A stretch of DNA of 64,000 nt from Phoronis australis (lineage: Eukaryota; Animalia; Phoronida): NCBI GenBank assembly GCA_002633005.1, contig NMRA01000120.1:621940-685939 (forward strand). Reading direction: 5' to 3'. A program made the position numbers and the translations under genes. Below, piece by piece: positions 15,111 through 30,800 of this stretch (the stretch's first letter is position 1; the number at the start of each line of letters is the position of its first letter). The notes beneath the pieces were generated by a model. It was not told the origin of the DNA. It saw only the letters and a program-made list of their open reading frames with translations, and did no database searches.

Positions 15111-18100
15111 GACCCATGCAATCGGATGAGCCTTTAGCAACAACTGCACCAGTGAAGGCAATTTCCGGTAAGAGAGATGTATTCTCGGAGAAAAGCTGTT
15201 CACAAAACTATAGAACATCTATAATTTCGTGACTTGGTCTAGCGGAAGTGATAGATTCCACCAAAACAGATCAAAATAATAGTGGGATATTTGTGCTTTT
15301 TGTTTTCAAGTCAGCTGTATCGGTTGTGCAGTTTCGATAACACCTAAAACGTATGAATTTTAACTGGCTTCTATCACATATTTTTAAAGGGGCATTTCGC
15401 CGTTAGCTCATAATGTTGAACTCTTAACCAAAACGCTAATTAGATGGAACCTCAAGTCACAGGCAATGCGTGTACCGTATGTGCCAACCTAGCTCTGAAG
15501 CCCTTTCTAAAGTCGCTGATGGTTTCGGCGTTCGTGCTGTTAACGAACATAAAATCCTGTCACGGTAAGAAATAAGACCTATTTCATAAGAGTAAATGTC
15601 CCTATAAGATGCTAGTGTTTAACTAGCTAAAAAGGTCGAAATTCATCTTTAACTTAGTACCGTAAGGTCTCTTGCAATACCGCTTATATCAGAACCTAGG
15701 ATATTTACGCGAAACGTCCTCTTTGTTCAGATTGACTTTAGCGTGTTAAATGCATACACGGTATGACGGAATATCGAATAGTCTAAATTTCAAACCAAGT
15801 ACAGCAACGATGAAAATACTGGCCGATGACCCTCCGAGGATCATTGTGAATAAATTAGCTTCACTTACGTGAATATCCACTTTATCTTAATGGAATATGC
15901 ATCCAGCAGATCTCTCAGTGACAGATTTGAAGATGTCCTTTACTTACAGGTACTCCAACACTATACTTGTTGTGAAAGAGATTAGAATTAGATTGATTTT
16001 GTTTCAAACCAGATGCATTGTAAAAGAACGCTCCCATTGGCAATTTTATGGGGAGTAGTTTTGTGACAGCACGCATCCAACACAGTGAATGGTGTCAGGT
16101 CTATGGTCTATGTTACTTAATGGCGGTATTACTTCTGTTTTACTGTCCGAAAATTCAAAATCAAAACTAGGCCTTGCACCCCTTTAAAATCGGTGGGGAC
16201 TTCATTTGTGGCACTGTAAACAACATCCAGTCTATTAACGAGTAAAAAAAAACAAAAAAAAAAAACAAAGAAACCCCAGAAAATCGCGCGGCCTCACCAG
16301 CTGCCCCACAAAATTTGTCTTCTTCATTTCTCAGGTTATCTCTCAACTCCACTGAACGTTGGAACCGATACCAGAGAGGGAATTTTTAAACCTGATAGAA
16401 TATCCCTTGATTAAAGTAGGAACTGGAAAGGAGTTTCAACTTAAACACTGTCTCATTATTTTATTAAAAACTAATCACAACCACTCAGATTTTGTATATC
16501 GTTAAATTCATCTGCGTCTTTCGACGCTCATTGACTGAAACGTGTCATTCAGTGAAACAGGTGGGCAGAAACTGTTTATAAAATATTTAACAACTTTGCG
16601 GGCAGTATCACCTGTTTAAGAGTAACAGTTGAATAGGCCCAGGTGTGTCTCAGGTTTGCCTCGGTACAAGGAACATCTGAATCCTCTACGAGACCTCTAT
16701 TTGCCCTGCACTCGGGCTAGAGGGTCACCTAAAGCAAATTTTCACCGGAGGACTTACAAACAATAACCAATTGAAACGTTAATACAACGGTTAAATCTCT
16801 GTGTATATTTGGGCACCTACTTAAATGCACCCAGACAAGTTAACGAGTATACACTTCAAAACAGTCCTCTGCCAAAGTTGACCACTTTTCGCCTAGAGCA
16901 TACTCCTACATATCGTCCGTACTCTATCTCGTGTTTTTCACATCTAAGAAACTCGTGCACGTTTAATAAATCCAATAACGTAAGCTCAGAACCTGAATAT
17001 CAAGCTCGTGTGAAAGTGCAATATTTTTGAAAACTTCATTATTTCTCCAATGATATTGCACAACAGACATAAACTGTTGGTCATTGCTATTTTGTGACAT
17101 TTTGTTCATATGTCTAACGACATCAATTCGAATTCCAAACATAACGCGGCCCGTTTAAGCAAAACGCTGACACTCGCAGTTCACGGTGTATCTTGCTGAA
17201 CCTGCCGATTTGCGTAACGCCGAATAACCTCGATGCCTTGACGTCCACTGAGTTTAAGTCATCGCACCATATTTATTGTCCAATAAAGAAACCAGCGCTC
17301 TTCAAAATTCTAAGTAGCTTTTGAATTCTTTGTGCATTTTTGTAATTTCCCAGTGGATGATTGCAGTAGCTTGGGGCAAATACTCCCCTTTTCAAACTGC
17401 GGCAAGCGACTATCTCAACCACACTGCATTTAATGATTTATATCGACCGTTTACATCTGCCAGTGACAAACATGCGACCTGAAACAAGATTTTTCTCATA
17501 GGAGAAAATAAAACCAACGCTTACCTTAGAGTCCAATGCTATTGTGTCGATAATCTTCTTTATGACTTTCTATAATTTCCTTCCTGATAGACAAATAATC
17601 GCAGAGCCCAGGCTTTTTGGCCACTCTCCAGATTTGAGCCACTAACAATAACTTCGCTTCTAGCCGAATGCACGGTGCTGTAATAGTTAAAAACTACTAT
17701 CAATATCAGATCGCACGCAGCGCAACCGCTGCATTGTGGGTAACGAAGATAGTGTTCTGCGACTGTGGCGATAGACAATCGTGATTGGAGGCTTGCGTTT
17801 CCTGTAAAAAAGCACGTGCGCAGTGGTTGATTTTCAATGAGGCATCCCAGCAGTAACCCTCCGCTCGGTGCAAATGTCAATATGTGCGCTTGAGTGACAT
17901 GCGACGGTGTTGTAGTTCATTGGGTGATCATGATTCGTTTGTTATTGTAACTACTTCAGATTTTACAATGACTCGTATTGTTACGATGGTGGAGAACTTC
18001 GCGAAAGTCCATTCTAGTTAAACAAACAGTTTCTGCGCTGCCGTGTACTTCGACTCCGATTTCGTATTCTTCTCGAACAAGAGCGCTGTCGACCCATGAA

Positions 18101-21100
18101 CAAGTTCAACTGGGCCTGCTTGAGTTAATAAGTTTAGAAATGATCAGATTGACAGGATTTTGGAGTGTACCTCGATTGAACCGGGTTTGTCACAGGTATG
18201 CTGCGCGAAATGCGAGCGAATGCACCCTTTACCAGAAGTTGAGGAGTGCTCACCGGAAACTGGACGTCACTGATGTCTGCTTCAATCACAACGTTTTTTT
18301 CTAACTGTTGGTTTTCACTGCGTTATGCATGTTTTACCTTAGGAGAGAGCATCGGTCGCGAAGGGGCGTTCGCAACATTCCTTTCAATGGCTGTCTACGG
18401 GCCTTGTTATTTATTTATTTTCGTTTTACCGGCTTTAGCTGGAGAACCTTGGGTGGTAAAAATTTGACAAACATCCAAGGTCGATTTACAATAGAAGCGC
18501 ACGGCTCAATTTCATACTTGTCCAGGGTTCGGAATTACGACTAGCTTGAGAGCCTGGCGTTAAATAAAGAGTTTAACCAGTTCACTCTATTGTTACAACT
18601 GACTTTTTTAGTCGGAAACCAACTATAGCCGCTAATTCCTTTTGAGTGTGACCAAGGGTCTGCTGTTGAGCGTATTAATTTGTACATGTTCACGGTAGAA
18701 TAGATCGCCAAAAGAAACCTAGATTAGGACTCTCGCCGGAGGGCAAGCACGCGACCTGCGTCAAATCAGCGTGCCTGTGGTATTGTTTTGTGTATTTTCT
18801 CAATTTATTACACTTAACTGGGATTCAAAAAAGTTTGTGGTCGCGGTTGTCGCTAGTCAATTGATCAGTGACAATAATGTCAAAGAAGCAGTCAATTTCA
18901 TGGATCCTGCAATCTAAGGACCCACGCAGAAAAATGACGGAAACGGTTTGCACACACGTGGATTACGCAATAATGGACATTTTAAAAATCCCTGTAGTGT
19001 AATTTAGAGAGATAAAAATTTATACTTTTTAAACAAGTAAATACTTTAATATACAATATACACTCACAGAATATAAATAATTTTGCAATGCCGTTTTAAT
19101 TGAATCAAAGATATCACTTGTCGATAAAAAATCACATATGAAAACAGACAGGCAATTTTCCAAGATATAGTAGGCAAGATGCCCGAATTTGTATTCATTT
19201 AGCTGTTTGGTTTGCAAATTTACAATAAAGGCATATAAAGTCTAAACAGTTACCAAATGTAACGAATACACGAGAAACACAAGGGCGCGCCCCGCGTCAT
19301 TGGCGCATAAAAAATTCTTCGACGCACTATGATTGTTTAACTCGGGCCAACGGACGCAACTGTCACAATTTCGCCAGCTGATTTTTTATTGAATAACACG
19401 CATTGCATTCAGAGTGTAAAATAACTGCAATGCGGAGAAGTTGATCAAAACATCGATTCTAACGACATGGGATCTAGCATACTGAAAAAAGGCAGATCCC
19501 ATCTGTGGATTTAAGTAAAATGCAGTTAGCCGTTCAGAACGATCACTATAATCGCGTAACGTACTGAGGTAGCAGACGAAATCACGCCAACCCTGAAAAA
19601 TCGAATCGAAAAAGGGTAGATATTCGACTAATGTGACTCACATGTCCTGAACATTGGTCCATCGATCTGAGGCCATTTGGGTCATGACTTTTTGTCACGT
19701 TTTTCCAGAATGATCCCTGGATAAGAGGTCGAGGACTTTCTACACCGTAATACTTACATTAAAACATTAAAGCTACGCCACGCTGAAGAGATACAGGTTG
19801 ATTTTCTCAGGTGTTACATGAAGTTGTTCATACATGTTAAAGATTGAAAAATGAACGCGTTTAAGAATAGCCGTCAAATGCATGCTAACAAAGTATCTAG
19901 GGTCTGCCAAAACACCAGAGTTGGAATTGAAAACATTGATGTTGACGGAGTGAAATGGCCGAATCCATTTTTTTAGCAAGAGTATTTGTAAAATAAATTA
20001 CTGTCCACAGGGTTATTAAAAGGCCTGTGGAAAATGCTACCCCTCAGGTGAAAATTCGCCCAATCAGAAAAAAGATGGGAACATAACAAAAACACAAGTC
20101 ACACAATCGACAACTTCCATGCGCTTTTGTTTTCTTAAGACATGCGTACAAATCTTCTGATTCGTCAACGACAGCTTTTATTTTTTCATCCATTGTCGTA
20201 ATAAATAAAGGCCAAGGTATAAGTTGGAAAACATTTTGAACCCTGTCACCTCCCCGGGCCGGCTCAGTACGCACGAACAACTATGAAGGTATACAATCAG
20301 TGCACCCGCACTGAGAAAACGTCGTAGTAGGACACAATGGCTGACCTTGAATCAAATTGGATCACTTACGAAACACACAAAAATATCAAAGTGACTGGAG
20401 AGTATATTGCCAATCGTTATGTGCTTGCACAACTCTGGCTATGTTTTGAACAATAACAATCGATTAAGGCCAAGTCATTTTAGCACTTTGATCAAAAAGT
20501 TATTTTTGAATATTGATCAAGGTTGAACTTCACATTAGATATAGGTCAAGGTCTGTTGCGTGCTCACGTCGGGGTTATATGAGTTGGCGACCTCTGTGTA
20601 TGACTTGTCGAAAAAGGTGCGATAATTTGAAACGTTTAGCAACCCGCTTTCCATCACAAACGGTTGTTAAGTATCTGCCGCCACGTGATTTGGACCCACG
20701 AATAGGAAAACAAATGCATAGCCACGTCACACAGGTCTTGAATTTTTTTCTGACTCAGGTGACCACACGGGAAGAAAATCAGCACTTGATTTTTTTAAAG
20801 TTAGTAGTAATCGGTGTGCTCCGACAACGGTTGCACCCATTGAATGTTCCGGGGAGTTGAGAAGGCCGGAGTAAGATTAAGCAGGTCCAAAGCCAGGTAA
20901 TAACTTACGAAGTCTAGCCTGGTCACTATTATCGTCTTTAAGTTTAACATTTTTAATTTTACTGGGCCCAAAACGTCAAAGTGACGCCATAATAAACAAG
21001 CGAATGCGGTTGTTTAGACATTTCATTTAGTGACACAACAACTTTGTAAAAAATGCTGGTCTTCTTCCCCATTCGGGAAACCACGGAGGCACTTTAGCAC

Positions 21101-24100
21101 TTGAAACTTTTACAAAATCATGTGTTTGGACAAATCAGTGTACTCCGACAAATGTTGCAACAAGCGCATGCGTAGTTGAGAAGGTTTAACATTGACCAGG
21201 TTATAACACTCTTGGGCCGTTTCATTCAACTATGGCGCTGATAACAGCAATTTAGACCGCTGGACATATTCAATGTTTTTAAAAATAACACCTGTCTCTT
21301 TCGAGTTTGTTCTGATATCGTTTTGTAACAGATGCAAAAATTCGAGTAGGAACAGCACTATGATGAAATGGTTAACTCCCAAGCGGAAGCTGCAAACTTT
21401 AAAATGGAACAAATCAAGTTGAAGGCCGTGAGTCATCTCATTGAAGCAATTAATACGAAGTTCCAGTCGGTCTACGGTATTATTACCATTATCATTGTCA
21501 TTGTCGTGACCGACACCGTCACTGTCATCGTTATTTTTGATACCTACGGGGAAACTCGGTGGCAATGAAGCTCGTCGCATACAGACCGGTTGATAGGCGT
21601 ATCTATTGTTCACTTTGTTTTTTCTTTCTTATGTTAAAGATAATGGTAAGCATTTATCGGTGACCGGCTGATGTGCGCCCAAAGTACGATATCCGCGCGA
21701 CCTGTATCGTTAGAGCCAACAAAAGCCAGCAAACGAAAGCGATGATAGTGCCCCATAGGCGATAACCATGAGACGGGCGTAAGCGCAAGTTAAACAATAG
21801 CTTGCGACATCCATACGACGTCATTTGACATGGGTTATTATTATTATTACTATTATCATTACCATTATCATTATTACGTGAAATTGTGAATGGTGAACCG
21901 CCGAATCAAAAAAAAAAAAATCAAAACGAGGGGATCCACCAGAAACAGGAACAAAATGCCGGGTCTTCAAGGAAGGAACTTCGTGGGACTCAAGTGACAC
22001 AACCAGCTAAACTGAAGCATCAATAAACTTGCAAAATTGAACAGAATTACACTAATTTTAGACAACAGTTGTTCGGAGCTTTCTAAACAAAAACACAGCG
22101 ATATCTTTACTTGAATGTATTTTTCGTTTATGTTTTCGCAAATATCTTTACGGCAAATTGCCGTCGATCTGCCCGTTTTTGCACGTGACCTTCAGGTACT
22201 ACCTTGCTCACAAGCTCCCAGTAACCCAACACAAATACATGTAATTCTGAAGTTCTGGCATGATATCCAAAGACACAATATTCTGGTAATAGTTAACCCT
22301 AAAAACTGTTTAGGTTAAGAATTATATTTCCACACCTACGGGTTTCCAAAGTGCGTTTGGCTACAGTAAATTTTGGAAAGCGACTTGCGTTTCGATATAA
22401 AAGAGGTCATTTTGAGGCTTAGGGAGGAAATCAATCGGTTCATTAGTTTAACACGGTAAACGTCACGAACTTTTTAAAAACAAAATAGGTTTGAAACAAA
22501 AACGAAGCATAAAAGGCATGCTACCTTAGGAAAACGAGAGAAGACTGCGCTGAAACACATCCGGCTGTGTCCAACAAGCTCAACACGAACTGGCAATGTT
22601 AAACAAATCTCGCCCTGACGTCCAGCGCTCGATTTCGTCTCAAAATGCTTATTGTAGAGAGGTTATATTTTTCAAAGTGCTGGGCTACTTCTGTTTGCTT
22701 CTTTATCTCACATATACTCAGGATGGCAGCTCTCTTGGCTTTTTTAAGCGGCCGATTAGGGGCGACATTGGCACTTTCTACCGCACAACAACTGCTGATA
22801 CTACCGTACCAACGAGCTGACAGGAAGCCAATGTCGGGCATGGGCGACGTGTAATGAAATTATAATAATACAACTAATTTCGTTGCTTTATTACTCTGGT
22901 AAAAACATATAACTTAAGAAATCTATCCTACCCAAGAATAATTACAGAAATGTATTTTTAGCCTTAAAATCGATTATACCCTTTAAGTGTTTTTAATGGC
23001 TCACATATTTTTGAAGGTGTCGTGCCACCGGGTTCACCTGGAGGTTAAGTGATTGAATCATCTGCGGTACGACGTCACAACCATATGATCGTCATCATGG
23101 CTAAGTAGTTCTACGGGAACTCATGTCATTACTAGTGCTTTGGAGATAAGGTTCAATACAAAATCAATTTAGAATGTGCCTATCAGTTAACCTCTAACAT
23201 TCGACACGTCATTGAACACTGTGGTGTTGAACGTTCATTCATGAGTGTTTCTAGCCTCTTCCCGGAATATCGCAGCTCACTCTCTCATACTGCGGACGTA
23301 TTTCCAACATCTCTGCGCATGAGTAGGGCACTTGGCCCCCTTGAGCGTGCGCCCGTGGTATTCACTACAACTTTGCATTAGTTTGCCATTTTTATCTTGA
23401 GTTCAATAAACATTTACTGATGCATACAGCGAGTTGCAATGCAGACAATAAAACACCGAGTAAACTGTGATAAAGCCACTTGTACAAGGCACGACTGACG
23501 AGTCCACGGTTTCGTCAACCGTATTGGATATTTAAAGCGGCTACAAACTCGTTTACCGTTCAAAACGAGCTTAAGGTTAGACCACTTACCGTTATGAAAC
23601 CGTGTAAGTTGTTACTAATATTAGTCGTGTGACTTATTATGCAACTTGCTATATTCGTCAAGCAGAATAAACAAATCATTCACATGATTTCTCATGCAAG
23701 TGGATGGGGATGTTAGACCTGTCAACACCGTTCTTCCTGGCGTACACCGTACGCTCATTTTTTTGAGTACATTTAAATGCCGATGACGTCAGCTATAATC
23801 CAGGAACTTGCGAAGTCAGTCACATCTTTACAAAGTCCATCACAGTGTCACTAATCATACAGTCAGTTAGCCCTCGATACAATGAAAAAGCGAGTCTTCA
23901 CATAAGTTCAAGAAAAGACTTAAAATAGCATTACAATGACGAATTATCACGGATCACCCTGGCACTGGCCGCGCTGACCAACGAAGCCGAGATTGGGGGA
24001 TAAAATTGACTTCATGAATAATCTGCAGTTTGTGTCCAAACAACTACATAATATTCGCGAACTGATGAAACAAAGTGCTGTTTGCGCCATTAACAAACTA

Positions 24101-26347
24101 TTTTATGAGAAATCTTCATTTTACGGATGGGAACCCATTACGTAATTACTGGTAAAATTCGACTCGTGTGTTCGATCTAATTCTCTACCACGCTGATGTG
24201 CACTCGCTTAGCCGTACCCATCTCGAAACCGTGGACGAGAGTAAGCATACAATGCTTTATCTGTCCCTGCATCACAGGGACGTTGAATTCGGGATGTGGG
24301 GATTCCGTGAGTACAGATGATCTGCGCCAGACTAGATAGAGAGATACGTGTATTTGTCTTTTATTCTCCGTCACCATCTTCACACTGAAATTCTCTAAAA
24401 CAACATAGTCGTCTTCATTGTCTTTGCCGTCGTAGTTATCATCGACGTCATCTTTTCTTGCTCACCCGTCATTTGCATTGGTTGACAACATCGTCTACGC
24501 AATCACCTGGGTCACCACCGTCTGAGCTAATGGTTTCTACTCTAAAGTGTACCTGAAGTTGCGGCAATTTTGCTTCAGTCTGCGATTTGCTACCATGGGA
24601 TTGTGCAAGTTGTGGTAGTCTATCGCGCGGTTTGTTGTGCTGCTATTTTTAGTCGCAAAACTCAATGTATATTTACGCACGAACATTTGGCGTGTATGTA
24701 AAGTGATAATCTAGGCGTCTACCAAAGATACTATAAAATCTTTGCGTCTACGGCATTCCCGATCCGATTCATCTCATGCACGTCGGTGCTCCTTGGCAGC
24801 TGCCAGACCAACCTCAGGTTATTTGTTTGACAGTCACACATTATTTGAAAACATCGCCATGTCAGTGTTCGCCGTGTTCTTGAATAGATCCAGCGGACAC
24901 ACCTTCCAAACTTTGTTGGAGTCAAAAAATAGCGCAGAACTACGCATAGTGTTCATATATTGGAAAGAAGCGGACTTGGCGATAATTTCATTGATGGAAA
25001 ATACGGGAAAGCTAACCAAAAATGAAAGTGATGTTTTTTCATTCATTTAGTTTGGTTTCTTACAACTTTTAAAAAATTATTGGTGCGAATTGCTACTAGT
25101 AGAAAAAATACCGTCTTTGATGCTCTCATGATTAATACAGACTATTTGACTTGAAGTAGTTGACTGCAATGCGATGCATGCGTTGTACCTGTTTGGGATA
25201 CATGGCACAAGTTTTTCGTCAATTCATTGTTATATTGAACTTGCTGAAGCAAAATAAAAGCTTTAAAAGGGGATTCGACACAGTTTGCCAAAAAGCCGCA
25301 AAGTAATCCTTGTTTTGCGACATTTACTATCATTCAGACATTTGAATGTGTTTTTACTTCAAGAAACAAATTATTTAACTCAAATGTTGATTTTTCTTTT
25401 AATTTTTTGTTAGTTTTGTCAGTAACAATAGCGCGCGACATCAAATTTTACAATGAGGTTATACTAAACATAGACAAACCCGAGTATATTGTTTAGGATT
25501 GACTTATTTAAAACGGCACTGTTTAGTAGTGAAGACACTTCTTGTCTTAGATCTTATTTCACCCAATCGTCTTCTAGGCGGAATCGTGTCGTGAACTTGA
25601 AATTGGTTCTCCTTTAGTAAGAACAGATTGGGATTTCTGATATGACGCTGTCTGAGCTAAAATATCTAAAAAACGATGTCGGATGTCTGTAATTTCTTTT
25701 CATAGAAACGGTAGACATCATAATAAAACATAAAAAACGGGGTATCTTTTTGTGTATCAGCCAAAGCGTTAAAGTTTGAACTATTCAAAATCCAGAAAAA
25801 CGTTTACTTACGCCGTTGCTAGTAAATCAGTGAAACAGAAATATAAAAGTAGTTAAATACAAATCGAACATTGTGGACCGAAATGGTTCTGTTTTCAAAA
25901 GGATCTCAATTATTTATTTTATCAGAGGCGGCTTTTTGTGTAACCCATGTCAATGTCACATTCTTACCACATATGGGGCTCTGGTTAAATGGCCATCGTA
26001 ATGGTAAACCAATTGTATGAACCCTGTATTTTTACAGGCTTGTAGTAGACAAAGAACAAAATACAAAAAAAAAAACAAAAAAACAAATAGAATAATTCAA
26101 CGGCACATTTAGCTGTGTCGACCCCTTTATAGCTGCATTTATCTCTGCTTAGCTCAGTTAACTGGCTAAACAAAAACAAAAATCGAATTAGTCCTTTTAT
26201 TCGGTCTCATAAAATTCCTTAAAGTGAAATGACTCCATTTCCTTGAGAGGGACTCGACATGAAAAATAAGTTTCATTTTTAATCTTCTGTGATAACGGTG
26301 AATTTGCAAATGTAACCATAATAGCAGGTAAGCAGTTTGCAGCAGTC

Positions 26348-26392
26348 TAAGTAGCCCTTAATTAAGTAGCTCTTAACTAAGTAGCCCTTAAT
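26348..26392. repeat. 15-bp tandem repeat x3
   Basis: TAAGTAGCCCTTAAT / TAAGTAGCTCTTAAC / TAAGTAGCCCTTAAT. Confidence 0.85.
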
Positions 26393-27654
26393 TTCCTAAT
26401 CTTTTAAGGATATCTGATGAGAATTGCAGCTAACTAACGTAAAACCCGCATGCCATTGTGACTTTCTATAAAGACGTGATTTTGACAAAACTATACATGT
26501 ATGCTGTCTCCACGGCTCGCATTTCTATCATCTAATCGGTTTTCAAACCAAGAGTCCAGTTCCAGTATTACCTTTCTTCGCAACCTTAATTTTGTGGTAC
26601 TGTTCTCCTTAATGTAAACACAAAGTTCAATTTCCATTCCGAGGTGCAAGCTATAGGCTTTTGTGCCCCGCCCTCCAGCTTGCTTTAATATATTATACAC
26701 CTTTCGTTAGAGCAGCACTAGACTATTTCTGTTAGCAAGAAAATTAAGAATGCATTAGTTAAATGTGCTTGCTGACTGAGTTAAAGAACTGTAAAATCAC
26801 TTAACGATAACAATTTGCCCCATCGATGCCAGAAATGCACTTAATGACCTCTTTGCACTTGACAGAATGTAAATAAACCAGTGATAAATTCTTAACAAGA
26901 TTGCCGTACCGAAGTTGCCTGCGAGAAAATGTTTTCCTTATTGAAGGCCTGTTTCGTTTATGGGGTCACTTGGGTGAGGCCATGCACTCCTTTGTGTTTT
27001 AGAATTACGTCGATTTGTATATAATTGTTCGTGATAACGTCGCGTGTTTAATTCTGTTTTTTGAGGTTAAATTTGACATGTTTACGCGAGGTGTTCCGGT
27101 TAGCATTAAATTTATTATGTAGGTAGGCCTAATGTATTTGGTTGGGTGCTAAGGTGAACAGTTCAGCATCACTGGAAGGCGACGAGGTAAACCGAGCCAA
27201 ATGAAATCGAGTGTTGCCTCTAAATTCTGTACTCCCGTCTTTCTTGGAACTTTAATTCGATTCTCACGTCAAATAATTGATATTTTGTAAGATGTTCTCT
27301 CTCATACGTCCCATCACCAACTTCAGCTTCAATAAAAATGTTGTTTGCGTCCATCTCTGCCTTTGTAAACTGACAGAGACACTGCACTGCAGTAAACTGG
27401 ACTGTTTCATTAAAAAGTCTTAACATTGCGACCTCTTTAACTTGCTTCAGTGGATCAATGTTTTACCAAAAATAAACGTTGAAAGGGGTTTCATCTAAAC
27501 CTGCTTCAGATCTCAGAAAAAGTCAACGCTAGTTAGTTGCCTCGAGGTGTAACTAGGAAGTACGATTGCAGGTCTTAAGCTCAACTTTCCACCGAATTTA
27601 TTGTAATTTCTCTGTCGAAGTACGTATTCTTTGAACTGCTAATCCATGTTAACT

Positions 27655-27829
27655 AACTAGAACGCAACAGACAGACCTGAAGCCTGCGCAACTGGAACGC
27701 AACAGACAGACCTGAAGCCTGCGCAACTGGAACGCAACAGACAGACCTGAAGCCTGCGCAACTGGAACGCAACAGACAGACCTGAAGCCTGCGCAACTGG
27801 AACGCAACAGACAGACCTGAAGCCTGCGC
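27655..27829. repeat. 35-bp minisatellite, 5 head-to-tail copies
   Basis: Unit AACTGGAACGCAACAGACAGACCTGAAGCCTGCGC starts at 27655, 27690, 27725, 27760 and 27795. One substitution in copy 1, no spacers. Confidence 0.95.
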
Positions 27830-30800
27830 AATTGATATATTTAAGGAAACAATTCCACCACTAAAATAAACTCTTGGTGACATTTTTTTCTGAAAAACTT
27901 GTCCAACTTATGCCAGAGGCAATCTTATACGAGAATGGCGAACACTTGAAAATAATTGGGGCTAAAGAAAACAAATATATTAAAAACATTTTATCAATTT
28001 AAAAATGAAACTGTAAACAAAACAAAATTGTTAAATGCAAACCAACGCTACGGAAACAAGATCTAAAAATATATCTGTAGATATACATTATAATTTCAAT
28101 AATTTTCCAATTATTTTCCTGAAAAGAACCTAATATTGTTTTTGATAATTGAAACATCAAAGGTTTCAAAATACACGTTCGTCTCAAGCAGTGTTCGCTA
28201 AATAAAAATTCTGACTTTCAAATTGTTGATAACTATGTACGTCACTATTAATTGGACTTAACGTAATCCTGGTGCCCGTTCCCAATAACCCTATAGTCTT
28301 TGTATTGTAAAATACCCCTAACCTCTACAAATCTGTTGGCTGGCAATGGGGATTAAAATTCCATTACAATCATTAACCTTTTGACTTCTGGGCAAGACCC
28401 CTACAACTTTTCTATGCGTTTGATTTCATACGCGCGTGCGTGTGGCGAGGTCATTTGGTACAGTCCCATTTTTCTTAGCTCTGACGAGTGATGTAATGGT
28501 CGCCCCAAGAAATGGTTTATTACACCTATTGACCTCGAGAGTCATGCATCAGTGTAACTTAGAACATAAATCAGAGAACGTTGATAACTTTATTTACAAT
28601 ACCATGTCTCGTCGCCAGAAGGCCATGGATGAAAAACTAACAAAATTCACAGTTGAACAAAATGTGTGCGGAAAGATTGATTGTTTCAGTCCTACTGTCG
28701 TGCGATTAAGACGAACTGTATTTTATGTGTTCACAACTTGAACGGCCACACCCTAGGGTCGGATCGGATCTCTGTGAAAATTGGCATGAGCATTGTTCCT
28801 TTGAGCTGTTTAAGCTTTGCGTTCCACCTTGACAACCTAAGAGCAAGTTCTAAATAATAAGCAACGGCTTTAACTGGTCCAAAATGAATAATTTGATACA
28901 TCTAATAGATTAGTTTGGCTTTAGTAGGGCTTCCGTCACGGGGAATTCAGGAGTTATCCCCCCATTAATCCAAAAACATAAGGCAGCGTGTTTTCGCTGA
29001 TTGTTTTAGTTGCAAAGGATAAGCAAATAAATGTAGCCATCCCTTGTAATAACAAACCTGTCATTCAATTGAATATGTGACAATCGTTAATCCCCAAAGG
29101 TTCGCAACGGACAAGCGTTACTTGTTTTTTTGAACAAAAAAGGCGGTTGCGGGGCAAAGGTCGTCCGCTGTGAATCACAGGGCCCACTTGATAACTCAGT
29201 GGCCCGTTACATACAAGCTTTCTCATCAAAAGCAATTTCAGCTAGCTTCATTTCAAGCAATTAAACTCAAAACCACGAATCGTGGATTTGTAATCTTGCT
29301 CCCTCGGTACCACGTCTTTCGTCACGGTCGCGAACACGTTCCACTTCCGTCGAATCCAATCCCTCTCGAACCATATTTTTCCGCGAACATATCTGCTTGA
29401 TCACTAACCACATAGAACCACTTAAATAGCAGACGTGTTCGAGAAAGCAGAACGCTGTAGGTAAAAAACGGTTTTCAGGAAGGAAATTTGGAAACAAACT
29501 TGGAAAGTTCCAATGGTTTGCAATAATGGAACTTTGAGTAAGCGTTTTAAATGTCAGTGGTTTGCAGCTCATTTCAGAAACATCTTTCACTTTAAAATTC
29601 GAGGTGTTATACGCTTTGCCTATGTTGGACAAATTCTCGTAAGATTTTTTCCTGTATTAAAGTCAAAGGCTGCTTGAGCGCATTCCGAGGCAAACCTAAC
29701 AACGCAGAAATTGTACATCTACACGTAACGCCATCTTTTGATTAAAATATGTCTACAATATTAAGAGTGAATTTTCAATAATCCCCCTTCATAGCAAGTT
29801 TCATTATTCAGTATGATAATAAATGGTGATGATGTGCGAAACTGATAACAACTGTGATTGGCGATTTTACGATAAATTTTGCAAAATTATCACCCCACCA
29901 ACTGATCAACAATACATGCACAAATTTGTTCATAATTTGTACTGTAAAGTAACAAATCCGCTATTACTAAGGGACACCATGTTTAAAAGACACGATTTCT
30001 GAAAAAAATCACACTTTTCCACTCAAAGGACATTTTTAAACAACACGACGGATATGATGTCAAAAGGTGAATGCAAATGTGTTACCTGTTGATTACGAAA
30101 CGGGCAGGTAAAATCAACACAGGTGTCTTTATGCACAGTGTAATCGATAGCTGTTGAAAATTCGGTTTTGTTAAGCATTCAAAATGTCGTTAAACAAACA
30201 ACTAACCATGTGTAAACGAGTGTGGAGTAATGGCCGAATGGTCACGCAGCGCAGAGCAAGACTACGCTTTTTACAAAATCCCACCCGTTTCCTTCTCTGA
30301 CCCTCAAGGAGGCCACACGATTCCCTGACGTCAGAGTGCGAGACGTGGGAACTGAGTTAAAGACAGACCGAAACATTTTACTTCAGGAAAACAGGTTCCT
30401 GAAAATTTTAATTGTCCATGAAGTTGCGCAGTGATTCGATGGAGTTATTATAGCAACTGAGAACAAACATATTACCAACAGACTTTGGAATAGTAAATGG
30501 GATTTTTGGATGAGCGTATACGTGAGTAATTTGTGTACCGAATTACGTACATTGACACAACATGAAAGTGTGACTTAGGAGAGAAGTGTAAATCTTTCCA
30601 ATAACAAACGTACAAGTAATGCATGGTCGTACACTTCACGAATTCACGTAATTATTGAAAATGCCCACCCTAAGTGAACCAATTCTAACTGCCGTTTCCA
30701 GTATAGGCATGGTCAAAACTGATGTCCTTCGATTCTAACGGTTTGCAACTTGGAACAAAATATTAACAAATGCTGTATTATGATAAAGTAAAGTCGGAAA

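Noticed and set aside
18170-18225. Zinc-finger-like GLSQVCCAKCER peptide
   Set aside because: Too short and not within a supported ORF or exon chain.
21341-21568. Exon-like coiled-coil ORF (MVNSQAEAANFKMEQIKLK...)
   Set aside because: In-frame stop shortly after the acceptor, runs into a simple ATT/GTC-like repeat, no recognisable family.
27655-27829. CRISPR-like array (35-bp repeat)
   Set aside because: Units are contiguous with no unique spacers, there are no cas genes, and the context is eukaryotic.
30225-30265. tRNA or SINE head (A-box-like TGGCCGAATGG)
   Set aside because: No B-box or cloverleaf downstream.
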